A DNA stretch of 64,000 bases. It comes from Patescibacteria group bacterium (GTDB taxonomy: Bacteria; Patescibacteriota; Saccharimonadia; Saccharimonadales; UBA4665). The notes beneath the pieces are model-generated. The model saw only the letters and a list, made by a program, of their open reading frames with translations, had not been told where the DNA came from and ran no database searches. Made by a program: the position numbers and the translations under genes. The stretch lies in contig JARXKL010000001.1 in NCBI GenBank assembly GCA_030272735.1, positions 75,571-139,570 on the forward strand, in the 5' to 3' direction. Below are positions 56,690 to 64,000 of the stretch, piece by piece. Position 1 is the stretch's first letter, and every line of letters begins with the position of its first letter.

Positions 56690-57037
56690 TTATGCTGTTT
56701 TAATAGACTTCATAGCACGTAAGGTATCCGGAACGGCCGTACGAGGCACGATACCATTATGAAAAGTAACTGTATGACCTTTATCCTTAAATGCCTTATA
56801 TGCACCATAAATAATGGTGTTCCCAAGGTAGTACAGATATTCATTAGATTCTAATGGAAATTGGAATTCTGTTGACTCGTTGCCTAGGTAATCGTTACGA
56901 GGAGTCCAGTTATACGGGTTTGGCGCAATGTTACATAGTTCACGCGCCAGTTCTGGGTCAATTACCGGCGGCTCAACTGTAAGCGCCGCATGTAAACCCT
57001 CGCTGTACACAGATATAACGGCGTGAAACTCAGACAT
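56690..57037 (-). CDS. Orphan protein inserted between rplO and secY
   Basis: 115 aa ORF starting 2 nt after the rplO stop. Confidence 0.65.
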   Translation of the reverse strand: MSEFHAVISVYSEGLHAALTVEPPVIDPELARELCNIAPNPYNWTPRNDYLGNESTEFQFPLESNEYLYYLGNTIIYGAYKAFKDKGHTVTFHNGIVPRTAVPDTLRAMKSIKTA

Positions 57038-57039
57038 GG

Positions 57040-57531
57040 TTACTTCTTAGATGACTTATTCTTTGCAGCTTGCTTGTCGCTGGTCTGAGGGCGGCTCAGG
57101 CGGGCAGTTTTTTCGAATGTTCCGCCGGCAGCTTCGATTGCTGCAATGGCTGTTTGACTTGCGGCAGGAAGTTTTACGGTAAATTTCTTTGTAAGATCAC
57201 CTTTAACTATGAGCTTTACGGTAACAAAAGGATTACTAATCACTCCGGCTTGCGCCAAGACATTTGCATCCACTGTGCCAGTGAACTGCTCTAGTTGACC
57301 AGTTGTGATGTTTTCGGCTGGTGTGCGATGGCTGGTAAAGCCGGGTAGCTTTGGCAGTTTCTGCATCAGTGGGTTTTGACCACCGGCGAAACCTGGTTTT
57401 GCGCTTGAACCAGTACGGGACTTCTGCCCTTTAGTACCACGACCAGCAGTTTTACCTTGTCCAGCGGCAATACCGCGTCCAACACGGTTGCCCTGCTTTT
57501 TCTTGATAGTGTTTAATTCGTGATATTTCAT
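57040..57531 (-). CDS. rplO: 50S ribosomal protein L15
   Basis: RVGRG..G.GKTAGRGTKGQ. Confidence 0.98.
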   Translation of the reverse strand: MKYHELNTIKKKQGNRVGRGIAAGQGKTAGRGTKGQKSRTGSSAKPGFAGGQNPLMQKLPKLPGFTSHRTPAENITTGQLEQFTGTVDANVLAQAGVISNPFVTVKLIVKGDLTKKFTVKLPAASQTAIAAIEAAGGTFEKTARLSRPQTSDKQAAKNKSSKK

Positions 57532-58160
57532 TATTTTGCCTCTACCTTTTCGGCTTTTGCTTTTTTTGTAGCCTTAACTTTGTTGGTTGTTGTGACCCAT
57601 TTGCTTGCTGGAACAAGGCTTTGAAGTGCTTCAATAGTTGCATATGCAGTGTTCGTCTTATTGGTAGAACCAAGTGACTTGCTTAGTGCGTTCTTAACAC
57701 CGGCTACTTCGAGAATGGTTCGCACTACACCTCCGGCAATAAGACCGGTACCAGCTGCTGCTGGCTTCAGTAGAATATGCGCGCCAGAAACTTTTTTCTC
57801 TACTTCGTGAGGGAATGTGCCTTTATATAAAGATACATCAATGAAATTCTTCTTAGCGACTTCTGTAGCCTTTGTGATTGCTGCGGTTACGTCAGCGCCT
57901 TTAGCGGTACCGACACCAACTTTATGCTTGCGATCACCAACAACAACGAGTGCGCGAAAACGGAACCGACGTCCGCCCTTTACCACGCGAGCAACACGGT
58001 CAATGTGCAAGGTGCGCTCGTCGAATTGCTTCTCTTCTTGAGGCATTTCAGGACGACGTCCACGGCCGCCTTGGCCACCGCGCTGAGGACCGCCTGAACG
58101 ACCCTGCTGAGGTGCGTTAGCAGCTGCAGGTGTTTGTGCTTGGGGATTTTGATCTGCCAT
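57531..58160 (-). CDS. rpsE: 30S ribosomal protein S5
   Basis: RVVKGGRRFRFRALVVVGD. Confidence 0.98.
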   Translation of the reverse strand: MADQNPQAQTPAAANAPQQGRSGGPQRGGQGGRGRRPEMPQEEKQFDERTLHIDRVARVVKGGRRFRFRALVVVGDRKHKVGVGTAKGADVTAAITKATEVAKKNFIDVSLYKGTFPHEVEKKVSGAHILLKPAAAGTGLIAGGVVRTILEVAGVKNALSKSLGSTNKTNTAYATIEALQSLVPASKWVTTTNKVKATKKAKAEKVEAK

Positions 58161-58161
58161 A

Positions 58162-58521
58162 TTAGAACTCCAGTCCTGCTTTACGAGCGGCATCAGCGAG
58201 TGCTGCAACTCGGCCGTGGTAGATTTTGCCACCGCGGTCGAAAACGACAGCATTTACTTTAGCAGCCTTGGCTTGCTTTGCGATTTCAGTTCCAACCCAC
58301 TGAGCTTTTTCAGTCTTCGTGCCGGTTGCTTCTTTCGCTCCAACGGTACTGACATAACCAAGTGTCTTGTGCTGGGTATCATCAATAAGTTGCGCTGTAA
58401 TGTGCATATTACTAATGAATATGCTCAAACGAGGACGCTTTGGCGTACCGCTCACAACTGAGCGAATACGACCTTTGCGCAGTGCGCGGTTCTGTAGTTT
58501 CTTAGCTAATACTTTACTCAT
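58162..58521 (-). CDS. rplR: 50S ribosomal protein L18
   Basis: RPRL and VFDRGG.YHGRV motifs. Confidence 0.98.
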   Translation of the reverse strand: MSKVLAKKLQNRALRKGRIRSVVSGTPKRPRLSIFISNMHITAQLIDDTQHKTLGYVSTVGAKEATGTKTEKAQWVGTEIAKQAKAAKVNAVVFDRGGKIYHGRVAALADAARKAGLEF

Positions 58522-58523
58522 AA

Positions 58524-59063
58524 TTATTTATCCTTACCGCTCTTACCAGACTTGCGGATAATGCGCTCGCCTTCGTACTTAATGCCTTTGCCCTTATATG
58601 GCTCTGGCTTCTTTAATGCGCGAATTTCTGCAGCAACTTGGCCCACCTGCTGTTTACTGATCCCGGTAACTGTAATGCTGGTGCCTTCAATTTTGGTAGA
58701 AACATTCGAGGGAACTTTGAAGATAACATCATGTGAGAAACCGAGGTTTAGCTTAAGATCGGTGCCTTGTGCAGCGACACGGTAACCAACACCATTGATT
58801 TCAAGCTTCTTGCTAAAGCCAACAGTCACGCCGGTCACCATATTCATGATCAGAGCGCGCATTAAGCCGTGCTTAGCGCGGTTCTTAGGTTCATCATTTT
58901 CACGAGTAACCGTTAATTCATTGTCTTTGATCGCGACCGTAACACCGGGCATGGTAAATTGCTTCAACGTGCCCTTGCTACCGGTAACGGTAACTTCAGC
59001 ATCGTCGACAGTGATTGTCACACCGCTCGGGATTGCGATCGGCAGTTTTCCTATACGACTCAT
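58524..59063 (-). CDS. rplF: 50S ribosomal protein L6
   Basis: MSRIGK and PEPYKGKGI motifs. Confidence 0.98.
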   Translation of the reverse strand: MSRIGKLPIAIPSGVTITVDDAEVTVTGSKGTLKQFTMPGVTVAIKDNELTVTRENDEPKNRAKHGLMRALIMNMVTGVTVGFSKKLEINGVGYRVAAQGTDLKLNLGFSHDVIFKVPSNVSTKIEGTSITVTGISKQQVGQVAAEIRALKKPEPYKGKGIKYEGERIIRKSGKSGKDK

Positions 59064-59082
59064 AGTAGTTCCTTATTATTCC

Positions 59083-59490
59083 TTAATAGATCTTACAAAT
59101 TAATTCGCCACCAATTTTTTGGGCCTTGGCTTTGTCGCCAGTCATCAAACCTTTGGAGGTTGAGATGATGACGATTCCGCGACCGCGCTTCACGACAGGG
59201 ATTTCCTTAGCGTTGACGTAGTAACGGCGGCCAGGCTTGCTCAAGCGGACGATTTCACTAATGCGGGCATTACTATTCTCGCCGTTAATGGTGAGTTTCA
59301 TCGTTTTGCCGGGTGCATTGGTATTGTCAGCGACGTTAACGCCATCGATGAAGTTGCTTTCCTTCAGTAGCCGGGCAACAGCTTCTTTTATACTGCTGTG
59401 CGGTAGTGTTACTTCATGCTTGCTAACAAGTATGGCATTACGAATGCGAGTTAGCATATCTGCGATTGGATCGGTTGTAGTAGTACTCAT
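59083..59490 (-). CDS. rpsH: 30S ribosomal protein S8
   Basis: DPIADMLTRIRNA and SKPGRR motifs. Confidence 0.98.
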   Translation of the reverse strand: MSTTTTDPIADMLTRIRNAILVSKHEVTLPHSSIKEAVARLLKESNFIDGVNVADNTNAPGKTMKLTINGENSNARISEIVRLSKPGRRYYVNAKEIPVVKRGRGIVIISTSKGLMTGDKAKAQKIGGELICKIY

Positions 59491-59500
59491 ATATATATTC

Positions 59501-59770
59501 CTACCAGCTCGACTTTGTTACACCAGGGATTTCGCCCTTGCTTGCATGTTCACGGAAACTGATTCTAGACAAACCAAACTGACGCATAAAAGCACGCGGG
59601 CGGCCTGTTTCAATACACCGGTTGGTGCGGCGTGTTGGGCTCGAATTGCGTGGTAATTTCGCCAAACCTTCTAAATCACCGAGCTCTTTGAGCTCAGCGC
59701 GCTTTGCAGCATACTTTTCAATCATCACTATACGCTTCTTGTCGCGAGCTATATTAGATTTACGAGCCAT
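59501..59770 (-). CDS. rpsN: 30S ribosomal protein S14 (89-aa Zn-free type)
   Basis: [17 protein letters not shown]. Confidence 0.97.
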   Translation of the reverse strand: MARKSNIARDKKRIVMIEKYAAKRAELKELGDLEGLAKLPRNSSPTRRTNRCIETGRPRAFMRQFGLSRISFREHASKGEIPGVTKSSW

Positions 59771-59771
59771 G

Positions 59772-60371
59772 TTATTTGTCCTCCTTCTCAAAAGGCATGC
59801 CAAACTTCTCTAGGAGAACGCGGGCATGGGCTTGTTTAGCACATTTAATTACGAATACTAATTGCATACCGTGTGGGTGGGTAGTTTCCTCAAACGTTAG
59901 TTCAGGAAATACTGACTGATCTACTAGACCAAGGCTAAAGTTACCTTGTTTATCAAAAGCTGTAGCGCTGACACCGTGGAAGTCACGAAGGCGCGGCAGA
60001 ACAATGTTAATGATGCGGTCAGTGAATTCGTACATGCGATCGCCACGAAGAGTAACTTTGAGGCCAATTTTATTGCCTTCACGAAGTTTGAAACCAGCTA
60101 TTGAATTCTTTGCAATGGTTTCCTGTGGTTGTTGGCCGGTAATTTTGCGTACAGTATTCATAGCCACTTCCATTTGCTTCTTATCGTCTTTTGCGCGGCC
60201 TAAGCCAACATTTACGACGATCTTTTCGAGCTTCGGGACCTGGTGAATGTTAGACAATCCCAAGTCTTTCATGAGCTCTTTGGTCCAGGTATCGTTGTAA
60301 GCGACCCGGAGACGAGCACCAGTATCGACTGTAGTCTTTGCGGTCTTATCGGGTTTGGTTGCAGTAGCCAT
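59772..60371 (-). CDS. rplE: 50S ribosomal protein L5
   Basis: [11 protein letters not shown] and LPRLRDFHG motifs. Confidence 0.98.
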   Translation of the reverse strand: MATATKPDKTAKTTVDTGARLRVAYNDTWTKELMKDLGLSNIHQVPKLEKIVVNVGLGRAKDDKKQMEVAMNTVRKITGQQPQETIAKNSIAGFKLREGNKIGLKVTLRGDRMYEFTDRIINIVLPRLRDFHGVSATAFDKQGNFSLGLVDQSVFPELTFEETTHPHGMQLVFVIKCAKQAHARVLLEKFGMPFEKEDK

Positions 60372-60709
60372 TACTTGATCTCCTTTCCGGATTTCTTAAA
60401 TATACGTGTTTTGTTGCCATCTTTATCGATGCTGTAGCCGATGCGGCTGGGTTTTTTACTCGTAGGTTCAACAATAGCGACCTTACTGACCCAAATAGGC
60501 TTAGTGATCTCAATAATGCCACCTTGTGGGTGTTGCTGATTTGGCTTCTGATGCTTTTTTACAATATTGATTCCATCAACAGTTACTTTGTTTTCCTGAG
60601 GATGCGTGGCAGAAACTTTGCCCGTCTGGCCTTTTTGCTTTCCAGCAAGTACAACGACGGTATCACCTTTCTTGATGCGAATCTTAAAGATTTTAGTTGA
60701 TACGCTCAT
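60371..60709 (-). CDS. rplX: 50S ribosomal protein L24
   Basis: IKKGDTVVVLAGK KOW motif. Confidence 0.98.
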   Translation of the reverse strand: MSVSTKIFKIRIKKGDTVVVLAGKQKGQTGKVSATHPQENKVTVDGINIVKKHQKPNQQHPQGGIIEITKPIWVSKVAIVEPTSKKPSRIGYSIDKDGNKTRIFKKSGKEIK

Positions 60710-61077
60710 TATAGAACCTCCGGTGCCAGTGAAACGATTTTGGCATAGCCTTGATCACGAAGTTCGCGTGGAACAGGACCGAAAATACGTGTGCCACGTG
60801 GCAACTTTTCATCGTTTAGAATTACAGCTGCATTGTCATCAAACTTGATAGTTGAGCCATCTTTACGGCGAATAGTATTACGGGTGCGAACAACTACTGC
60901 ACGTATAACAGACTTCTTTTTAACTTGTCCGTTTGGAGCAGCTTGCTTAACGGTAGCGACGATAATATCACCGACGCCAGCGTAACGCTTGCGGCTTCCG
61001 CCTAGCACGCGAATGCAAAGTATTTCTTTAGCACCGCTGTTATCGCAGACGAGTAAGCGTGATTCTTGTTGTATCAT
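60709..61077 (-). CDS. rplN: 50S ribosomal protein L14
   Basis: DNSGAK and GTRIFGPV motifs. Confidence 0.98.
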   Translation of the reverse strand: MIQQESRLLVCDNSGAKEILCIRVLGGSRKRYAGVGDIIVATVKQAAPNGQVKKKSVIRAVVVRTRNTIRRKDGSTIKFDDNAAVILNDEKLPRGTRIFGPVPRELRDQGYAKIVSLAPEVL

Positions 61078-61421
61078 TACGCTTCCTCGCTCTCGTCTTC
61101 TACGATTGCAGCCTTAGACTTGCTGGCAGGTTGTGCGGCTTCGTCTTCAGTCTTCGTGATCTTCAACGAGTCTTCACGGAGCACAGGCTTTTCGATAATC
61201 TGGTTTAGTTTGTGGTGCTTGCGAGCACTCAATGGGCGGGTCTCAACAATAGAAACTTTGTCACCGACTTCGGCTTCATTGTTTTCATCATGCGCCATGA
61301 ATTTGCTCGTAACCGTATATTGCTTACGGTACAGCGGATGGGTTTTGCGTGTCGAAACCGTCACAACGATAGTTTTATCGCCCTTATTGGAGGACACGAC
61401 ACCTACGATTTGCTTTGCCAT
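61077..61421 (-). CDS. rpsQ: 30S ribosomal protein S17
   Basis: HPLYRK, AHDE and ETRPLS motifs. Confidence 0.98.
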   Translation of the reverse strand: MAKQIVGVVSSNKGDKTIVVTVSTRKTHPLYRKQYTVTSKFMAHDENNEAEVGDKVSIVETRPLSARKHHKLNQIIEKPVLREDSLKITKTEDEAAQPASKSKAAIVEDESEEA

Positions 61422-61621
61422 TATTTGGCCTCCTTAATTAGGGCTTCACTGAGAATAGTCAACATGCGAGCTAGGTCTTTGCGCTTCCCGCGGATAACGC
61501 GGACGTTTTGGACTTCACCCATATGCAAGCGACGCTTCAGTTCAGCTATTTCTTCTCGTACTTTTGTCGTCTCGGTGGTGAGCTGGGCAGTACTCAATTT
61601 GCGTATTTCTGCGACTTTCAT
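61421..61621 (-). CDS. rpmC: 50S ribosomal protein L29
   Basis: RKDLARMLT; operon position. Confidence 0.95.
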   Translation of the reverse strand: MKVAEIRKLSTAQLTTETTKVREEIAELKRRLHMGEVQNVRVIRGKRKDLARMLTILSEALIKEAK

Positions 61622-61623
61622 GA

Positions 61624-62037
61624 TTATGCCTCCTCTCTTACCAAGAACTTGGTCTTAACGGGCAGTTTATGTGCGGCTAACCGCATTGCTTCACGTGCTA
61701 CGTCCTCTGGTACACCCTGCATTTCAAACATGATGGTACCGGCGTGAACCTTTGCGACGTAAAACTCTGGGTTACCTTTTCCGCTACCCATTTTTACGTC
61801 TTGAGGCTTACGAGTGACTGGAGTGTGTGGGAAAATTCGGATCCAGATTTTACCACCGCGCTTAATGTGGCGAGTCATAGCTTGACGAGAAGCTTCAATT
61901 TGGCGGGCAGTAATGCGCTCGTTGCCTTGCGCCTGTAATGCGTATTGGCCAAAGGCAATGTAGTTGCCGCTAGTAGCGACGCCACGTATCTTGCCCTTCC
62001 GCACCTTGCGGTGCTTTTGTCGTTTTGGCATCAACAT
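61624..62037 (-). CDS. rplP: 50S ribosomal protein L16
   Basis: [15 protein letters not shown] and MGSGKG motifs. Confidence 0.98.
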   Translation of the reverse strand: MLMPKRQKHRKVRKGKIRGVATSGNYIAFGQYALQAQGNERITARQIEASRQAMTRHIKRGGKIWIRIFPHTPVTRKPQDVKMGSGKGNPEFYVAKVHAGTIMFEMQGVPEDVAREAMRLAAHKLPVKTKFLVREEA

Positions 62038-62038
62038 G

Positions 62039-62668
62039 CTACTGCACCTCGCCCTTGTAAATCCATACTTTAACGCCGATAACACCGGCAATTGTTTGGG
62101 CATTAACTTGTGCGTAATCAATATCTGCGCGAATGGTGTGTAATGGTACTGAACCAGCAACTTCCTTTTCACGACGTGACATTTCTGCACCGTTTAAACG
62201 ACCAGCAACTTCAATACGAATACCTTTTGCACCGGCACGCATCGTTGCGGCAGCGGTAGATTTGATAGCGCGGCGGAAGCTCATACGGCGCTCCAGCTGA
62301 TGCGCGATGTTTTCGGCAACAAGCTTAGCGAACATGTCTGGCTTTTTAACCTCTTCAATGTTGATGCGGACAGGAATACTATAAATCTTTTCGATTTGCA
62401 GTTTGAGTTCGGTTGCACCCGAACCACCACGGCCGATGACAACACCAGCTTTAGCAGTAGCAATAGTAACCGTAACGAGGTTAGGTGTACGGCTGATTTC
62501 AACTTTATTGATCGCTGCGCGTGAACCGAGCTTAGTTGAAATTAAGCGACGAACTTCGAGATCGTCCTTTAAAAACTTTGCATAGTCGCGCTTGTTGACA
62601 AACCATTTGCTGCGCCAGTCTTTGTTAACTTGGAGACGCATGCTGATTGGATTTACTTTTTGTCCCAT
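62039..62668 (-). CDS. rpsC: 30S ribosomal protein S3
   Basis: MGQKVNP, GRLNGAE and GVKVWI motifs. Confidence 0.98.
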   Translation of the reverse strand: MGQKVNPISMRLQVNKDWRSKWFVNKRDYAKFLKDDLEVRRLISTKLGSRAAINKVEISRTPNLVTVTIATAKAGVVIGRGGSGATELKLQIEKIYSIPVRINIEEVKKPDMFAKLVAENIAHQLERRMSFRRAIKSTAAATMRAGAKGIRIEVAGRLNGAEMSRREKEVAGSVPLHTIRADIDYAQVNAQTIAGVIGVKVWIYKGEVQ

Positions 62669-63087
62669 TATTTGGTCTCCTTCTCGATTACTGGTTGTTC
62701 TGGTACTGGTTTAGCATTACGGGCCGGTCGGGCTTCGCCGTCAACGACGACACGGATGTGTGAAGTTTTGCGCTGGAACGGAAGTGCGCGGCCGTGAGAT
62801 GCTGGGCGGTAACGCTTTAAGCGTGGACCTGGTGTTACACCGATTTCACTAATAAACAGTGTGGCTGGCTTGAGGCCATGGTTATGGTCGGCGTTAGCTT
62901 TGGCGCTTTCGATAACCTTGCGGACAGCGAGTGCTGAACGACGAGGTGTATGGTCAAGGATGGTAAGGGCGTCTTCGACACTACGGCCACGAACTAAGGC
63001 AGCAACAACTGCTACTTTGCGTGGGCTCAACTGAACGCCTTTAGCTAATGCCATAACACCGGGTGTGCCATTCTTAAGAGTTGGCAT
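62668..63087 (-). CDS. rplV: 50S ribosomal protein L22
   Basis: SPRKV, SAKANA and TSHI motifs. Confidence 0.97.
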   Translation of the reverse strand: MPTLKNGTPGVMALAKGVQLSPRKVAVVAALVRGRSVEDALTILDHTPRRSALAVRKVIESAKANADHNHGLKPATLFISEIGVTPGPRLKRYRPASHGRALPFQRKTSHIRVVVDGEARPARNAKPVPEQPVIEKETK

Positions 63088-63090
63088 AAT

Positions 63091-63363
63091 TTATTTTCCC
63101 TTCGCTAACTTACCGCCGTGGTTGCGGAACTTACGTGTTGGGCTAAACTCACCAAGCTTATGCCCAACCATGTTTTCGGTAACAAATACTGGAACGTGAA
63201 CTTTGCCATTGTGAACAGCGATAGTCTTGCCAACAAACTCTGGAGTAATGGTACTCGCACGAGCCCAAGTCTTGATGATGGTACGATCGTTATCGCCAAG
63301 AGCAGTTACCTTCTTGGCTAGTTTGAAATCGATGTATGGACCTTTTTTTAGTGAACGACTCAT
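63091..63363 (-). CDS. rpsS: 30S ribosomal protein S19
   Basis: MSRSLKKGP and MVGHKLGEF motifs. Confidence 0.98.
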   Translation of the reverse strand: MSRSLKKGPYIDFKLAKKVTALGDNDRTIIKTWARASTITPEFVGKTIAVHNGKVHVPVFVTENMVGHKLGEFSPTRKFRNHGGKLAKGK

Positions 63364-63365
63364 GG

Positions 63366-64000
63366 TTATTTCCTCTTCGCCGAGTGACGGCTTCTTACGA
63401 TAAATTGACTGGTACTCTTACGGCGACGTGTCTTGTAACCAAGAGTCTTTTGACCCCAAGGCGTACGAGGCGCTTTAGCCATACGGTGACGACCACCATC
63501 ACCACCACCGTGCGGGTGATCTACTGCGTTCATAACAACACCACGTACACCAGGGCGCTTGCCGAGGTGACGGTTACGACCGGCTTTACCGATCTTAACG
63601 TTTTGGTGCTGCTCGTTGCCGATAACACCGAGGCTAGCCGTACAGTTTTCGTGAATCAGGCGAACTTCACCTGATGGTAAACGAACTTGAACGTAACCAT
63701 TATCTGCGCGGCCCATGAGTTGTGCGCTGTTGCCAGCGCTACGCACCATTTGTGCGCCACCACCAACTTTGATTTCGATGGCGTGGATAGTTGAACCAAC
63801 TGGAATGTTCTTAAGTGGTAGACGGTTGCCCATTTCGATTGCAGCTTCTTCGCCGCTCACAATAGTTTGGCCAACCTGCATGCCATTCGCAGCAAGGATG
63901 TAGTGGTAGATGCCATTTGGCTCTTTGATTCGGGCAATGCGGGCACTACGGTTTGGATCGTATTCGATATGCTCGATAGTTGCAGTTACACCTGGAGCGA
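63366..64000 (-). CDS. rplB: 50S ribosomal protein L2 (5' end outside window)
   Basis: EYDPNRSA and [11 protein letters not shown] motifs. Confidence 0.98.
   Translation of the reverse strand, partial: APGVTATIEHIEYDPNRSARIARIKEPNGIYHYILAANGMQVGQTIVSGEEAAIEMGNRLPLKNIPVGSTIHAIEIKVGGGAQMVRSAGNSAQLMGRADNGYVQVRLPSGEVRLIHENCTASLGVIGNEQHQNVKIGKAGRNRHLGKRPGVRGVVMNAVDHPHGGGDGGRHRMAKAPRTPWGQKTLGYKTRRRKSTSQFIVRSRHSAKRK

Noticed and set aside
57520..57545. rpmD absent between rpsE and rplO; adk and map absent after secY
   Set aside because: L30 loss is a known CPR hallmark, used only for taxonomy; adk and map may lie elsewhere
1..64000. Alternative genetic code, CRISPR array, prophage, introns or inteins
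   Set aside because: TGA ends conserved genes normally (cyoA, cyoC, dnaB); no spaced repeats, phage genes or interrupted ORFs seen
50795..64000. Many antisense ORFs over ribosomal genes
   Set aside because: Codon-bias shadows of highly expressed genes

Overview
Core-genome window of a Patescibacteria/CPR bacterium, most likely Saccharibacteria. The basis is no rpmD in the spc operon, a Tmk-ThyX fusion, a cyo operon, translation table 11 and many leaderless genes. It holds a complete cyoABCDE quinol oxidase operon, glycolipid and glycogen enzymes, replication and repair genes (dnaX, dnaB, recR, holB), cysS, trpS, five tRNAs, split secE-nusG-rplK-rplA and rplJL clusters, and the S10(part)/spc/alpha/L13 ribosomal superoperon. 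No CRISPR array, prophage or transposase was seen. The most striking unannotated signal is three leaderless leader-peptide transcription attenuators in a lineage that usually lacks amino acid biosynthesis. One is Tyr/Trp/Phe-rich and precedes a lone DAHP synthase with an N-terminal extension and natural substitutions at known feedback-resistance positions. The other two are back to back and control orphan proteins. Other oddities are a lone Fe-S-free PurF, a CyoB lacking the K-channel lysine, a CyoD-cupredoxin fusion, a candidate sRNA upstream of rpmG, an ERIC/RPE-like palindrome, tRNA-linked repeats and repeated loss of structural Zn sites. All homolog comparisons are by eye against remembered reference sequences and need confirmation.
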